Shown here piece after piece: positions 18,284 to 29,349 of a stretch of DNA of 44,022 nt; the stretch's first letter is position 1; each line of letters begins with the position of its first letter. The translations under genes were made by a program, and so were the position numbers. The DNA comes from Macrostomum lignano (Eukaryota): NCBI GenBank assembly GCA_002269645.1, contig NIVC01002396.1:134399-178420 (forward strand). Direction: 5' to 3'. The notes beneath the pieces were generated by a model. The model ran no database searches. It was not told the origin of the DNA and was given only the letters and a program-made list of their open reading frames with translations.

Positions 18284-18746
18284 AGGCACTCATTTTAGCG
18301 CCATAGGCACTATTTTTAGTGCCACAGGCACTCATTTTAGCGCCATAGGCACTCATTTTAGCGTCACAGGCACTCATTTTAGCGTCACAGGCACTCATTT
18401 TAGCGCCACAGGCACTCATTTTAGCGCCACAGGAACTCAGTTTAGCGCCACAGGCACTCATTTAGCGCAATAGGAACTCATTTTAGCGCCACAGGCACTC
18501 ATTTAGCGCAATAGGAACTCAGTTTAGCGCCACAGGCACTCATTTAGCGCAATAGGAACTCAGTTTAGCGCCACAGGCACTCATTTAGCGCAATAGGAAC
18601 TCATTTTAGCGCCACAGGCACTCATTTTAGCGCCGCAGGCACTCATTTTAGCGCCACAGGAACTCATTTTAGCGCCACAGGAACTCATTTTAGCGCCACA
18701 GGAACTCATTTTAGCGCAACAGGAACTCAGTTTAGCGCAACAGGAA
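18284..18746. repeat. 21-bp satellite, left arm
   Basis: Unit ttttagcgccacaggcactca with g(c/a)actca variants. Confidence 0.96.
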
Positions 18747-18763
18747 GCGGCCCTTTGATGTCG

Positions 18764-18781
18764 ATCCCACCGCTGCCACCA
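18764..18781 (-). promoter_or_regulatory. Primer-binding site (tRNA-Leu) of the LTR retrotransposon
   Basis: Minus strand reads TGGTGGCAGCGGTGGGAT one nt after the LTR end. It is complementary to ATCCCACCGCTGCCACCA, the 3' end plus CCA of animal tRNA-Leu(AAG/TAG) as I recall it. Confidence 0.85.
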
Positions 18782-18782
18782 G

Positions 18783-18982
18783 TGTAAGACCGTGGGTTGA
18801 ATTGCAGTGACGAACACAACACGTGAGGAGACCTCACTGGCTCACGCCAATATATTTAATATACCAAAGTTGGGGTGGGTGTAACCACCCCAAGCACGCA
18901 CACGCTGCAGCTCTAAACGCCATCCCCCAAAACAGCCAGACGTGCACATCTAAGTGCACGCGCACCAACAAGCCAGCCTACA
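18783..18982 (-). mobile_element. 200-bp LTR of the Gypsy element
   Basis: TGTA...TACA termini. Polypurine tract tagggggaaagtag (18983-18996, minus) immediately upstream. ATTAAA at 18855-18860 on the minus strand. Confidence 0.88.
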
Positions 18983-19018
18983 CTACTTTCCCCCTAGAAA
19001 CAAAAGACAGTTCCAGAG

Positions 19019-21577
19019 TCAAGCAAAGCCCGCCATGTACAAGTCAGGTGGCCGCCGCTCTCTCGCCGACCGCCGCGGAACCATTACCGGCTCAGCCGGT
19101 GCCGCCGGCTGCTCCTCGGGTGCCTCGTCTGCCTGCAGCTCGGGCCAGAAGGTCACCGTGTCGCCGTCAGGATCGGCCGCCTGCCCGGGCGGCTCAGCGG
19201 CGGTGCCGTCGTTGTCGGAGTCCGCGGCCGGCGGCTGGTGGTCTGCCGCGGCCGGAAGCTCCAGTGACGCCCGTCGCTGCACGAAGCGCTTGAGGCGGTC
19301 GTGGTGCACCACCAGCCGGCGCCTGCGGCCGGTCTCGTCCTGGATGCGGTAATTGACCTCGCCCAGGCGCCTCAGGACTCGGTACGGCCCCTTCCACTTG
19401 GCGCTCAGGCACCGCGTCTGGCCGCGCTTGACGACGGAGTTGCGCAGCATCACGAGCTGGCCCTCTTCGAACGGCACGAACCGAGAGTCCTGGTTGGCCA
19501 GCCGGTTGCGCTCGACCTGGGCGCTCCGCAGTCGGCCGTGCACCGTGTCGAAAGCGCTCTGCAGGTTCTCCTGAGTCCGCTGCAGGAAGCCGTGATGTCC
19601 ACCGTCGGCTGCCGGCCGGTCGCCGCTTATCAGCCAGCTGTCGAGATCCAGCCTCGGTGGCCAGCCGTGGAGGACCTGGTACGGACTGAGGCCGGTGGTG
19701 CTGTGCACGGAGGTGTTGTAGGCCCAGGTCACATACGGCAGCTTGCTGTCCCAATCCTGCTGGTTCTCGGCCACCGTCGTCGCCAGCATATCGCTGAGCG
19801 TCCGGTTGCCTCGCTCGACGATTCCGTTGCCACTCGGATGAAACGGCGACGTGCGCGTCTTTTCAACGCCCAGCTGCTCGCAGAGCCGGCCGAACACCTC
19901 GCTCTCGAATTGCCGTCCCTGGTCACTGTGCAGCACCTGAGGAGCGCCGTGACGCAGAACCACTTACTTGAGCAGTGCATCTGCCACCGTCACCGCGTCG
20001 ATCGCCGCCAGGGCTGCCGTCTCCATCCACTTGGAAAAGGCGTCGCACATGCTCAGGATGTACGCCTTGCCATCAGTCGTACGCGGAAGCGGCCCTTTGA
20101 TGTCGATCTGCACCAGCTGCCACGGAGCCGTCGGCTGGCACGTCGACTGTAGCGGCGCCTTCTGCGGCTTGGTTGGACACTTCTTGGCCAGGCAGACCGC
20201 GCAGCTGGCCACCCAGTTCTCGACGTCCCGTCGCAGACCAGGCCACCAGCAGCGCTCAGACAATCTCGCTCCGGTCCTGTCGACGCCGAGGTGTCCGCTC
20301 TGGTCGCACGAGTGCGCCTGCTGCAGGAAATGCGGCCGCAGGTGACCGGGAATGACTGGCCGGCCACCCACCAGCAGGACACCCGCCGAGCTCACCGAGG
20401 CCTCGTCCAGCAGCTCGCGAACCTGCGCCGCCCACGAATCGGACAGGCTGTCAATCCCTTCGGTCAGTGCCTGGAACGCCTTGCTCAGCAGCGGGTCTTG
20501 CAGTTGCTCCTCGTGCAGGCGGCTGTCGTCCCACCGAGGCTGCAGGCGCGTGCCGGCCACCCGGCTCAGCGCATCCGGCACGACGTTGTCCCTGCCAGGC
20601 CGGTACAGCAGCTCGAACGAAAACTGCTGCAGCGTAGAAAGCCATCGCGCCAGCCGACCTTCGGGGTCCTTCGTTGTCAGCAGACCTTGCAGTGGCCGGT
20701 GGTCCGAGTAGACTCTGAAGCTCGGGACACTCAGCAGGTACGTCCTGAAGTGCTTCAGACTCCAGACCAGCGCCAGCAGCTCGCGGTCGGTCGCCGAGTA
20801 GTTGCGCTCGGCCTTGTTGAGGGTGCGAGAGGCGAACGCCACAGGCAGCTCGGCGTCACCGTGCAGCTGGCTGAGCACCGCGCCGACGGCGAACTGACTG
20901 CTGTCGCAGCTGAGCACGAACTGCTTGGTAAAATCCGGCAGCCTCAGCACCGGAGCCGTCGTCAGCCGGTCCTTCAACTCGCGGAACGCTCGCTCGCAGT
21001 CGCTGCTCCACGCGAAGTCCCTCGATTTCACGTTGACGTCGTGCAGGACCCTCGCCGTCTGGCTGAAGCCTGGGATGAACCGACGGTAGAACCCCAGCAT
21101 TCCAAGAAACCGCTTCACCTCCTCGGTCGTCGTTGGGCTGGGCATGCTGCGAATGGCATCGACCTTGCCGGGATCCGGGGCAATGCCCTGCTCGCTGATC
21201 AGGTGTCCCAGGTACAGCACCCGGCGATGGCCGAACGCGCACTTGGCCTTGTGCAGCTTGAGTCCCGCGTCTCGCAACCGCTTAAAAACTTCCGCCAGCC
21301 TCTCTAAGTGCTCGTCGAACGTCCTGCTGAAGACAATGATGTCGTCGATATAAGTCAGCACGGACTCCCAGGACAGGCCGGACATCACCAGCTCCATGAG
21401 CCGCTGGAACGTCGCCGGGGCATTGCACATCCCGAAGCCCATCTTGCAGAATTGCATCAGGCCGCGCGTCGAATAGAAAGCCGTCTTGTACCGGTCCTCC
21501 TCCGCCACCTCCACCTGGTGGTAGCCCTGCCGGCAGTCGATGGTGGAGAACCAGGAGCATCCGACAAGCGCATCCAT
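19019..21577 (-). pseudogene. Gypsy pol remnant with an in-frame premature TAA in the integrase core
   Basis: RT (FSTIDCRQGYHQV, MGFGMCNAPATFQRLM, YIDDII), RNaseH (CDSSQFAVGAVL, ERNYSATDRELLA, SDHRPL), integrase HHCC (AHSCDQSGHLG...CAVC) and DDE (IDIKGP, HSDQG, NGIVER), GPY (KWKGPYRV). ORFs 19964-21577 and 19019-19963 share one frame, split by AAG TAA GTG at 19964-19966. Confidence 0.93.
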
Positions 21578-21597
21578 GGCCTGCTGCAGGTTTTATT

Positions 21598-22580
21598 TTA
21601 CTCATTTTAGCGCAACAGGAACTCATTTTAGTGCCACAGGAACTCATTTTAGCGCCGCAGGCACTCATTTTAGCGCCACAGGAACTCATTTTAGCGCCAC
21701 AGGCACTCATCTTAGCGCCACAGGAACTCATTTTAGCGCCACAGGAACTCATTTTAGCGCCGCAGGCACTCATTTTAGCGCCACAGGCACTCATTTTAGC
21801 GCCACAGGCACTCATTTTAGCGCCACAGGCACTCATTTTAGCGCCACAGGAACTCATTTTAGCGCAACAGGAACTCAGTTTAGCGCAACAGGAACTCATT
21901 TTAGCGCAACAGGAACTCAGTTTAGCGCAACAGGAACTCATTTTAGCGCCAGAGGAACTCATTTTAGCGCAACAGGCACTCATTTTAGCGCCACAGGAAC
22001 TCATTTTAGCGCAACAGGCACTCATTTTAGCGCCACAGGAACTCAGTTTAGCGCAATAGGAACTCATTTTGGCGCCGCAGGCACTCATTTTAGCGCCTCA
22101 GACACTATTTTTAAGCGCTGCGGGCACTCATTTTAGCGCCGCGGGCACTCATTTTAGCGCCACAGGCACTCATTTTAGCGCCACAGGAACTCATTTTAGC
22201 GCAACAGGAACTCAGTTTAGCGCCGGAGGCACTCATTTAGCGCAATAGGAACTCATTTTGGCGCCGCAGGCACTCATTTTAGCGCCACAGGCACTATTTT
22301 TAGCGCGGCGGGCACTCATTTTAGCGCTGCGGGCACTCATTTTAGCGCCACAGGCACTCATTTTAGCGCCACAGGAACTCATTTTAGCGCAACAGGAACT
22401 CAGTTTAGCGCCGGAGGCACTCATTTAGCGCAATAGAACTCATTTTGGCGCCGCAGGCACTCATTTTAGCGCCTCAGACACTATTTTTAAGCGCTGCGGG
22501 CACTCATTTTAGCGCCGCGGGCACTCATTTTAGCGCCACAGGCACTCATTTTAGCGCCACAGGCACTCATTTTAGCGCCG
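21598..22580. repeat. 21-bp satellite, right arm (same unit and orientation as 18284-18746)
   Basis: Unit ttttagcgccacagg(c/a)actca. Confidence 0.96.
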
Positions 22581-24149
22581 CAAGGGCTATATTTTGTCGC
22601 CCTGAAAAAAAATTATTGATTTCCATAACGGGCCACAAGGTTGGGTGGGGAGACAAAGCATTGGCTTGCCCCCCATAGCTTTTACTGTGGGACATGCCCC
22701 CCTGTCCCCCCTGCTTGAAAGTATTTTTAAATAGATTAAAAGTTTCAATGCTACTAACCATAATATTAAAATACAATTAACATCAAATTTTTAATTTATT
22801 AATCGTTAAGCGTTATTAAGCATTCCAGCAAAGCTTCATTGCTCAAGCATGAATAAATATTTCCACGAGGGCTGTGTGGGAACCCATGGCGCAACGTCTT
22901 TCTTCAGCGACATCGTCCCACATCGTGCGCTGGGATAATTCTGCCCACAAGCGAGCTCACTGCCCACGAGTTCACTCCTGGGAACACAAGCGAGCCAATA
23001 CTGTAATCTAAAAGGATGAATTATCATGCATACTGATATAAAGGAAATATTTTCCATAATAGGGCCTAAAAAATGGGATTTTTAGACTGAGAGATGAACA
23101 TTTTCCTAATTTGTTGTCATAACTATTTACGGGGTCTACTGTATATAACAAAATTTAAAATACTAAGTTGCAATAAAGCAGCAAAATAATTTTTTAATTA
23201 AGATTGACAAAAATAATAATGTTCTAAATTAAAAACTTTGCAATAACAGCAAAGCGTATTTTTTACTTAAAATTTAGTATGCATACGTTAAAACTTGCAT
23301 GGGGGCCGGGGGGGTCTGCTGCGCGCGGCCCGCGCATGGTACTGGTGAACATGGCTGCTAGATCAGTTTGACATTGACATATAATGCTCTAACACAGGTA
23401 TAGAAATACTAATAGGGTTTAAATTGAAATCAATCCAATACCATAAAAACAAAAATCACAAAGGTACAGACGATCGTTTAAATTGCTAAATTTTCTGTCT
23501 CAATAGGAAATTTACCCTTTGGCCGAATAGCCGATGCTGATGCCTTATTAACTTATTATTGAGACCCTATGTATATGTTGGCGTCGGCGATGCCTATAAA
23601 TATAATTCCTATTACTGCATTACTATCAGCATGACTGGAGCTATGTCTCGCTGTCCATGTGGAGATAATTGGGCCTAATAAAAATGGCAGAATTAAGTTC
23701 TAAAGTTCCATGTCTTTATTATTATTATTAAGTTAAAAAATACTTGACCTTGAGTTGTTTAAAGCAATTGTGAATTCGCTTAAAGCTTTAGAATCTGTGA
23801 TTGGCTTTAACAGCATCAAATTCTAGGCCTAACCTAAGTATGCCTAACCTTGCATGAATTTTTTCTTTAAAAATTGTAGGCCTATACAATAAAATCCAAA
23901 TCTCTTTAAAGTTTGTGTTAAAAGCAAAAGGATTTAGGCCTAATTCTTATCTAAGTAAGGATGCTTTGCTCAATATGAGGCACCCTGAGTTGTAAATTTG
24001 TTGTTACTAAGATGCTACTAGAACTAGAGGTGATAGCTTTATAACATTTAGGCCATTCATTCATTCATGTGTCATGCAGACAATAAGAGTCCAATTTAGT
24101 AATAGCCTAAATCTTCCTAGAGGCATTTTTAGAGACTTTTAAAAAAAGT

Positions 24150-26450
24150 TAGAAGACTTTAGAGACTTCTTCCTAGAGACTTTCTAGAGGCATTGAAGTG
24201 CTCTAGACCAGCTAGAGTGGGGCTGTCTAGTTGTAGGTTGTATGAAAGTCTAATATTGCTATTCTGCTCAGTAACAAGGTTTTGGAAATGTTTCACAAAG
24301 TTTTCGTCAATTGCTGCATTGTTATTAGGATGGTTATGCAGTTTCAGTAAGCGCCAAAGCTGTCTTGTATCATTTTGGATGCAAGCCTGGTTGATCATGT
24401 TTTTTGCACACAGGATTGATTCATGTTTCCAAGAAATCAGGTTTTTTGTATGTTTTTTAAGCTGTATTTTGTATGCAAGGTTGCTTCTTATGGGGAAAAT
24501 CTTGTCTTCTGCTGGCATGCCTAGCGGCATTTCTTAGCGTCATAGTATTTTGAAGATGTTGGTGGTATGTAAGAGTTAATAACAGTGAAATTTTTGCTTT
24601 TGTCCTTTTTGTTTTTAAAGTTTAATGTCAAAAAATTGTTGTAGTTTTTGAATGACTCAGTCACATTGAAATGTGTTTCTAGGGATTTTTTATAAGCAGT
24701 CAGTAGGCTACCAGATGCCCTACCAATAAAACTGCTTCCTTTTTTGTTTGCAGACTTTTGGAATATTGTGTAATTGTCATTGAGTTTGCTTATTCTGAGA
24801 AGCCTATCATTACTTTTTGTATCAATTATCCAAGTTCTTGAATGCAGATAATATTGTGCTTAAAAGTTGGTTCAGCTTCTAACAATTCAAGTTTGGGAAT
24901 CATCACTGAGTCTTTTACAGTATAGAGTCCTGTAATATTCCAGCTGCTAATGTTGAAATTTTGTTTAATCTTTTTATAATTAAGTTCAGAGAGTTTTGAT
25001 TTAATATTTTGATATATTTTTATTTTCCTTTGAGTGATACTAGTCTTAATTGAGATAAGGTAATCTCTAGTGTACTGTATCCGCTTCTTCTTATTCCTAT
25101 TAGCATCAGTAGATTTATTGATATAACTACGAGGGGTGTTGCAAAAGTTTCCTGATTTCCTGTAGGCCAATTTCTCAATGCAATGATAACAAGGGAATTT
25201 CTGGATAATATTCTAAAACGATTGGTCAAAAACAGTAAAGGAACACATTATTATGTTTTATTAGTGTTGAGCGGAACAAAAAGCAAAAAAAAGCAAAAAG
25301 CATTGTTGTCATCTGTGCTAGAACGCGGACAGCCAGAGCAAGCAGCATCAGCGACGCTTGTGTGGCCATCAGCAGCAAGTCGGTGGTGGGCAAACACTTG
25401 TGTGCAACCCAACGCATGATCACCAAAAGCAGTGCAAACTTTGTTAAAAGTCTGCATTGGTGTCTTACCCATGTGCTGACATGCCATAATGAAGTGACAT
25501 TGACTTTCTTTCGAACCAAAATCTGAGTGGTTTTTTGGTCGGCTCATTCTTCGAGTGAAATTGTGTGAAATAACATAGACCCTCAGGCTTAACTTGGCTC
25601 TAATGTAGGCTGTGTTTGTCCTAGTCATGCAAAATTTTAGCCTGGCACTTATTAATAACCAAATAGTTTATGGATGAAAGCTCATCCAAATCTGATAAGA
25701 ATTGTGCTTTAGCAAACACTAGTCCGGAAACTTTTGCAACACCTCTCGTAGAATCAAAAAGGTCAAAAGATGATAAAGTTCAAAAAGTTTTGATAAAGGG
25801 GACTCCCTTCTTATAGGCAATATGGATGTTATTCTCACCATCTTCTTTCAATTTTTTCAGCTCTTTAATGACCTTCTGCTTGTACGCTCGTTCCTTCTCC
25901 ATTAGGTCATTCTCTATTCTGACTCTTTGGTAAGCAGAGCCAGCTTCCTGCAGGTTTTTTAGGTTGCCAAAGAAAGCTGCTTTATCGCTCTCATTTACAA
26001 GGTGAACAACCAGGGGCCTTGGCCAGTTGCTAAATGGTTGTTCATGGCCAATTCGTTTGGTGGCAATGATTGGCACTGTTGATGGGGTGATCTTCAGTCC
26101 ATCTCGCAGCAGGTTCTCAAAATCCTCCGTTTCTTGCAGTCTAAAAATTATTATATTATTTTTTTTCACATTTCGCTGATTCACTTCTTCCACAATCTCA
26201 TCAAAGCTTATATTGTACATTATTGTTTGCTTGCCATTTTTGATCGACTCGAGCTCGGCAATGCATTCTTCCAGGACTTCCAGTTTAGCATTGACATCTT
26301 TTAATTGCTCTATGTTGTTGATGAGCGCATGCACATGTACCTTACAGTCGCGACAGGTCAAGATGAGCCCATTGTCGCAAGGGCCATTAGCAATCGCATG
26401 TCAATGTCAATTGCCATTCTCAGGTCAAGATCTGGTTTCTAAAATAGTTG
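24150..26450 (-). mobile_element. Decayed non-LTR retrotransposon (CR1/L2-group-like): ORF1 with PHD-like and RRM-like motifs, partial ORF2 endonuclease and linker
   Basis: ORF1 25780-26361 and just upstream: PCDNGLILTCRDCKVHVHA, NNIIIFRLQE, KRIG, RPLVV, VRIENDL. ORF2 pieces: SSWNITGL...IICIQE(T)W (frameshift at ~24835), GRASGSLL, VINSYIPP, then NDTRQLWRLLK (24159-24530). No RT domain found. Clade assignment is by motif recall. Confidence 0.8.
25130..25748 (-). mobile_element. Internally deleted mariner (Tc1/mariner) element, 619 bp, inserted into the LINE
   Basis: 26-bp TIRs cgaggggtgttgcaaaagtttcctga (25130-25155) and reverse complement of 25723-25748 (2 mismatches), both flanked by TA. 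Transposase N-terminal HTH remnant from ATG 25547 (GKTPMQTFNKVCTAFGDHALGCTQVF...GHTSVADAACSGCPRSS). Confidence 0.92.
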
Positions 26451-28149
26451 CTTTTATATTCATGAGTCGTTGCACCCAGGGCAATCTTCTCTTAAATCAT
26501 TTTTTCTTTCTGTTTCGAAAAATTGTACATTTTAACTAGGCATTTATTTTTAATTAGGCATAAATAGATAAACTGGCTTAGACTCTTTTTTTCCTTCTAG
26601 TTGCATTCTTAGAACTTAAAATGCTCAAAGATTTCACTTGTATACAGATTGAAACGCTTATTGAATAGCTCCAACTGTTCATCAAAAGCTATTAGTTGCT
26701 TTGCTATTGTATTTTCTATTGTTTCCTCTTCTATTTTTGTCTCTAAGATGTTATAAATATCAAGGCCATTGTCACCAATCAGGGGCAAAAACATATTAAT
26801 TCAATGTTTTTCTCTAACAATGCTAGTTATCTTAACTTAAGATATATTAAATCTCTATTGCTAGCATTTTAAGACTCATTGGAATCCATCTCAAACTCTG
26901 GGTGGCTTCAGGTCCATAGACTACCTAAGCTACTGAAGTACACTACAATAGTATATTATTTTAATAGCTATATTGAGGCAGAAGGCCTTTTTAGTTTAAT
27001 AGACAGAATGACAGCAAAGATTTTGTGTTGCTTTGCACATATATTTATATTTACAAATAGTGCAAGATTGAGGGGCCTAAGGAGATGCAAAAAGGTGGTG
27101 TAGCATGATAGGCTACACTAACCCCCTAGCTTAGCAACCTAGCTAGCTTGGTGTGCACCCACCCCACCCCGACTAGACAGAGGTTGGGGGTTTTCTAGTG
27201 CAGTTGCACTGTTGCTTGCCAGTCATGTATAGTCTAGCCACCACAATATGACATTTTGACAAAGTAATGTTTTCACAAATCACAAAAGTAATGTTTTAAC
27301 AAAGTATTATTAACATTTTGGCAAATACAAAAAAGTATAATGCAAAGAAGTATTCCAATTATATATATTTTAAATGTTAAAAATAATCAATAAAAAGCAA
27401 GTATGAGAATAAATAACAAATAGAAAGCAAGCTTTTACTTTAAAAAATGTTTAAAGTAACAAAGGTAAGTAGGAATCCCTCACACATTGGGTCTAAGTAG
27501 TCTATAATATAGCCTATAATATGTTATATGTACCTGCATTATAGTCATGTGATTTAAAAACTTGCAACACTCTTATTGATTAGAACATATGCAATAATTG
27601 ATTATAATGTATGTGATAAAAATTTTTACCTCTTTTACAATTTTCTTTCTAGGAAATAGGGCTTCAAAAATTTTTATGATTTCCAAATATTGTGTTTAAA
27701 AAACTAGCAAAATAAAGTTTTGATTTTTACAAAGTAGTTTGAATTGCCACTAGGTATTAAAAATTCTTATTGCTAGTTAATTTATTGCATTGTGTCTTTA
27801 AAGTGAAAAGGCCCTCAAAAATGAATTTGTCAAATAATTAAAATACTTTTCCAAAACATTACTTCACTAAACATTGTGTAGCCATTTTAGGCCTTGGCTA
27901 TCATAGTTTAGTAGAGTTTTTGCATTAAAATGTCATGATCTATGGTCATAGCATATCTATCTTAGAGAATTTTTTAAAATAAAATAATGATAACTGTCTG
28001 TCTTTTATCTAAGCCAAGAAACAACAACAACAATAAAATGCACAGAAGTTCACAGGGCAGGGCACATCAGATGATGTGCCACAGAGTGTGAAAATAGACA
28101 AGTCTGCCCCATTGTCAGTGTCAGGCACCCAGCGTCACTTAGCAGGCAG

Positions 28150-29020
28150 TATACATATTAACAGGTTTAGGCCTGACCCCACCTGAAAAGGCCCTGCAAG
28201 GTGAGCAGCAGGACGTCCTGAACAGGTTGGGGGCAGCAGCCTTTGGCCCAGATCATGTGGCCTGCCAATTGAAGTCGCCGCTGGTGCAGAATGATGGATG
28301 GGCGCTGCAGCTTGGTCTGATCTTACAGGGCCTCGGTCCCGACGCTCTCGTCAGCTCGAAAGGTGGCACAGAGCAGCCCTGAGTGCACCGAGTCCAGCTG
28401 CCGCTCCAACATAGCCGAAATAGCCGTCAGCATTCACATCTCGGCGTTGTATAGCAGGACAGTTTTGACCACAGCCGAGCCTTCTGGCAGTCGGGCCGGA
28501 TAGAACAGAAGGCCGCCCAGGCAAGTCCTCTGCACCGCCGGTCTTCCTCCACGTATGGCACGTGTTGACAACCAGACCGACGCTGATGCCACCTCGACCA
28601 GCCTGTCGATCTGGCGCTGGGCGCCTTCAACGGACGAGGACAGGAGGGCGAGGTCGTCGGCGTAGCCAAGCACGCTCAGGCGCTTTTCGCCGTGGCGGCG
28701 ACCGATGCGTCTGCGCAGCAGGAAGCCGTCGTCACAGCAGCTCGAGTATCGCGATACAGCGACATGATAGCGTCGATTAGCTGCTGTGGGACCTGGTAGG
28801 CTCAAAGGACAAAGGGAAGCGCGGCTCTCAGCACCGAGTCAAACGCCTTTCGAATGTCAACGAAGACAATGATCAGCGTAGACTGGCGGGTGCGCGCCTC
28901 CTCGATGACACGGCGGAGTGCGCGGTGCAGGACATCAGAGAGATCCCGCGGTGGTCTTCTTTCCGCGTTGTCCCTGCCTTCTTCGGGACTGGCACGATTT
29001 GCGCAACGGTCCACTTGCTG
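28150..29020 (-). mobile_element. RTE-like LINE reverse-transcriptase fragment with internal deletions
   Basis: IVFVDIRKAFDSV (28802-29014 ORF), LGYADDLALL and KTVLLYNAE (28434-28805 ORF), RRLQLAGH further 3' (~28260-28290). Confidence 0.85.
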
Positions 29021-29349
29021 AAATCAAATTCGGGCAGTTATTAAATATTTATAAAGCCTTTTAGCATTCTAAAATTAATGTTGATGCGTCATGACGTACT
29101 AATGTAAAAAATCTAGATCTTAGCAGTCTAATTTGGCATAAGGATCTTAAGGTTATATCATTAACACAGCTACTATAAAGTAGGTAGGTACAATGCCACA
29201 CAAGTTTATTTATGATGAGGACAAATGTAATATTAACAAGTCAAATGGAATAACAGTTTCTCTTTCTACACAGTGAAAGCTTAAGGTTATTAAATAAATC
29301 GCACAATATTAATAAGCTAAACTGGTTTTGCAGGCAGCGAGATAACACC

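Larger units (their letters stand above)
18743..21595 (-). mobile_element. 5'-truncated Ty3/Gypsy LTR retrotransposon (RT-RNaseH-integrase, PPT, LTR)
   Basis: Domain order RT, RH, IN as in Gypsy. No gag, protease or 5' LTR: the RT begins abruptly at the satellite junction near 21595. Confidence 0.95.

Noticed and set aside
18764-18781. tRNA-Leu gene
   Set aside because: Only the 3' 18 nt including CCA are present, next to an LTR; this is a PBS, not a tRNA gene.
19964-19966. Programmed stop read-through in pol
   Set aside because: The TAA falls inside the integrase catalytic core of a truncated copy; a CAA-to-TAA-type mutation is more parsimonious.
19194-21610. Many overlapping ORFs (e.g. 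20291-21307 +, 19301-20152 +)
   Set aside because: Shadows of GC-rich Gypsy pol, with no independent motifs.
21282-22678. Long MSACGAKMSS / THFSATG / LILAPQE repeat ORFs (also 18078-18817)
   Set aside because: Stop-free frames of the 21-bp satellite; both strands are open and there is no gene context.
18190-22895. TIR pair (gccatgggtt / aacccatggc) enclosing the satellite and Gypsy
   Set aside because: Only ~11 bp match, not at definable termini, no TSD.
23310-23362. Helitron 3' end (tgcgcg-cggcc-cgcgca hairpin then CTAG)
   Set aside because: CTAG is ~20-25 nt past the hairpin, the A/T insertion context and a 5' TC end were not found; too weak.
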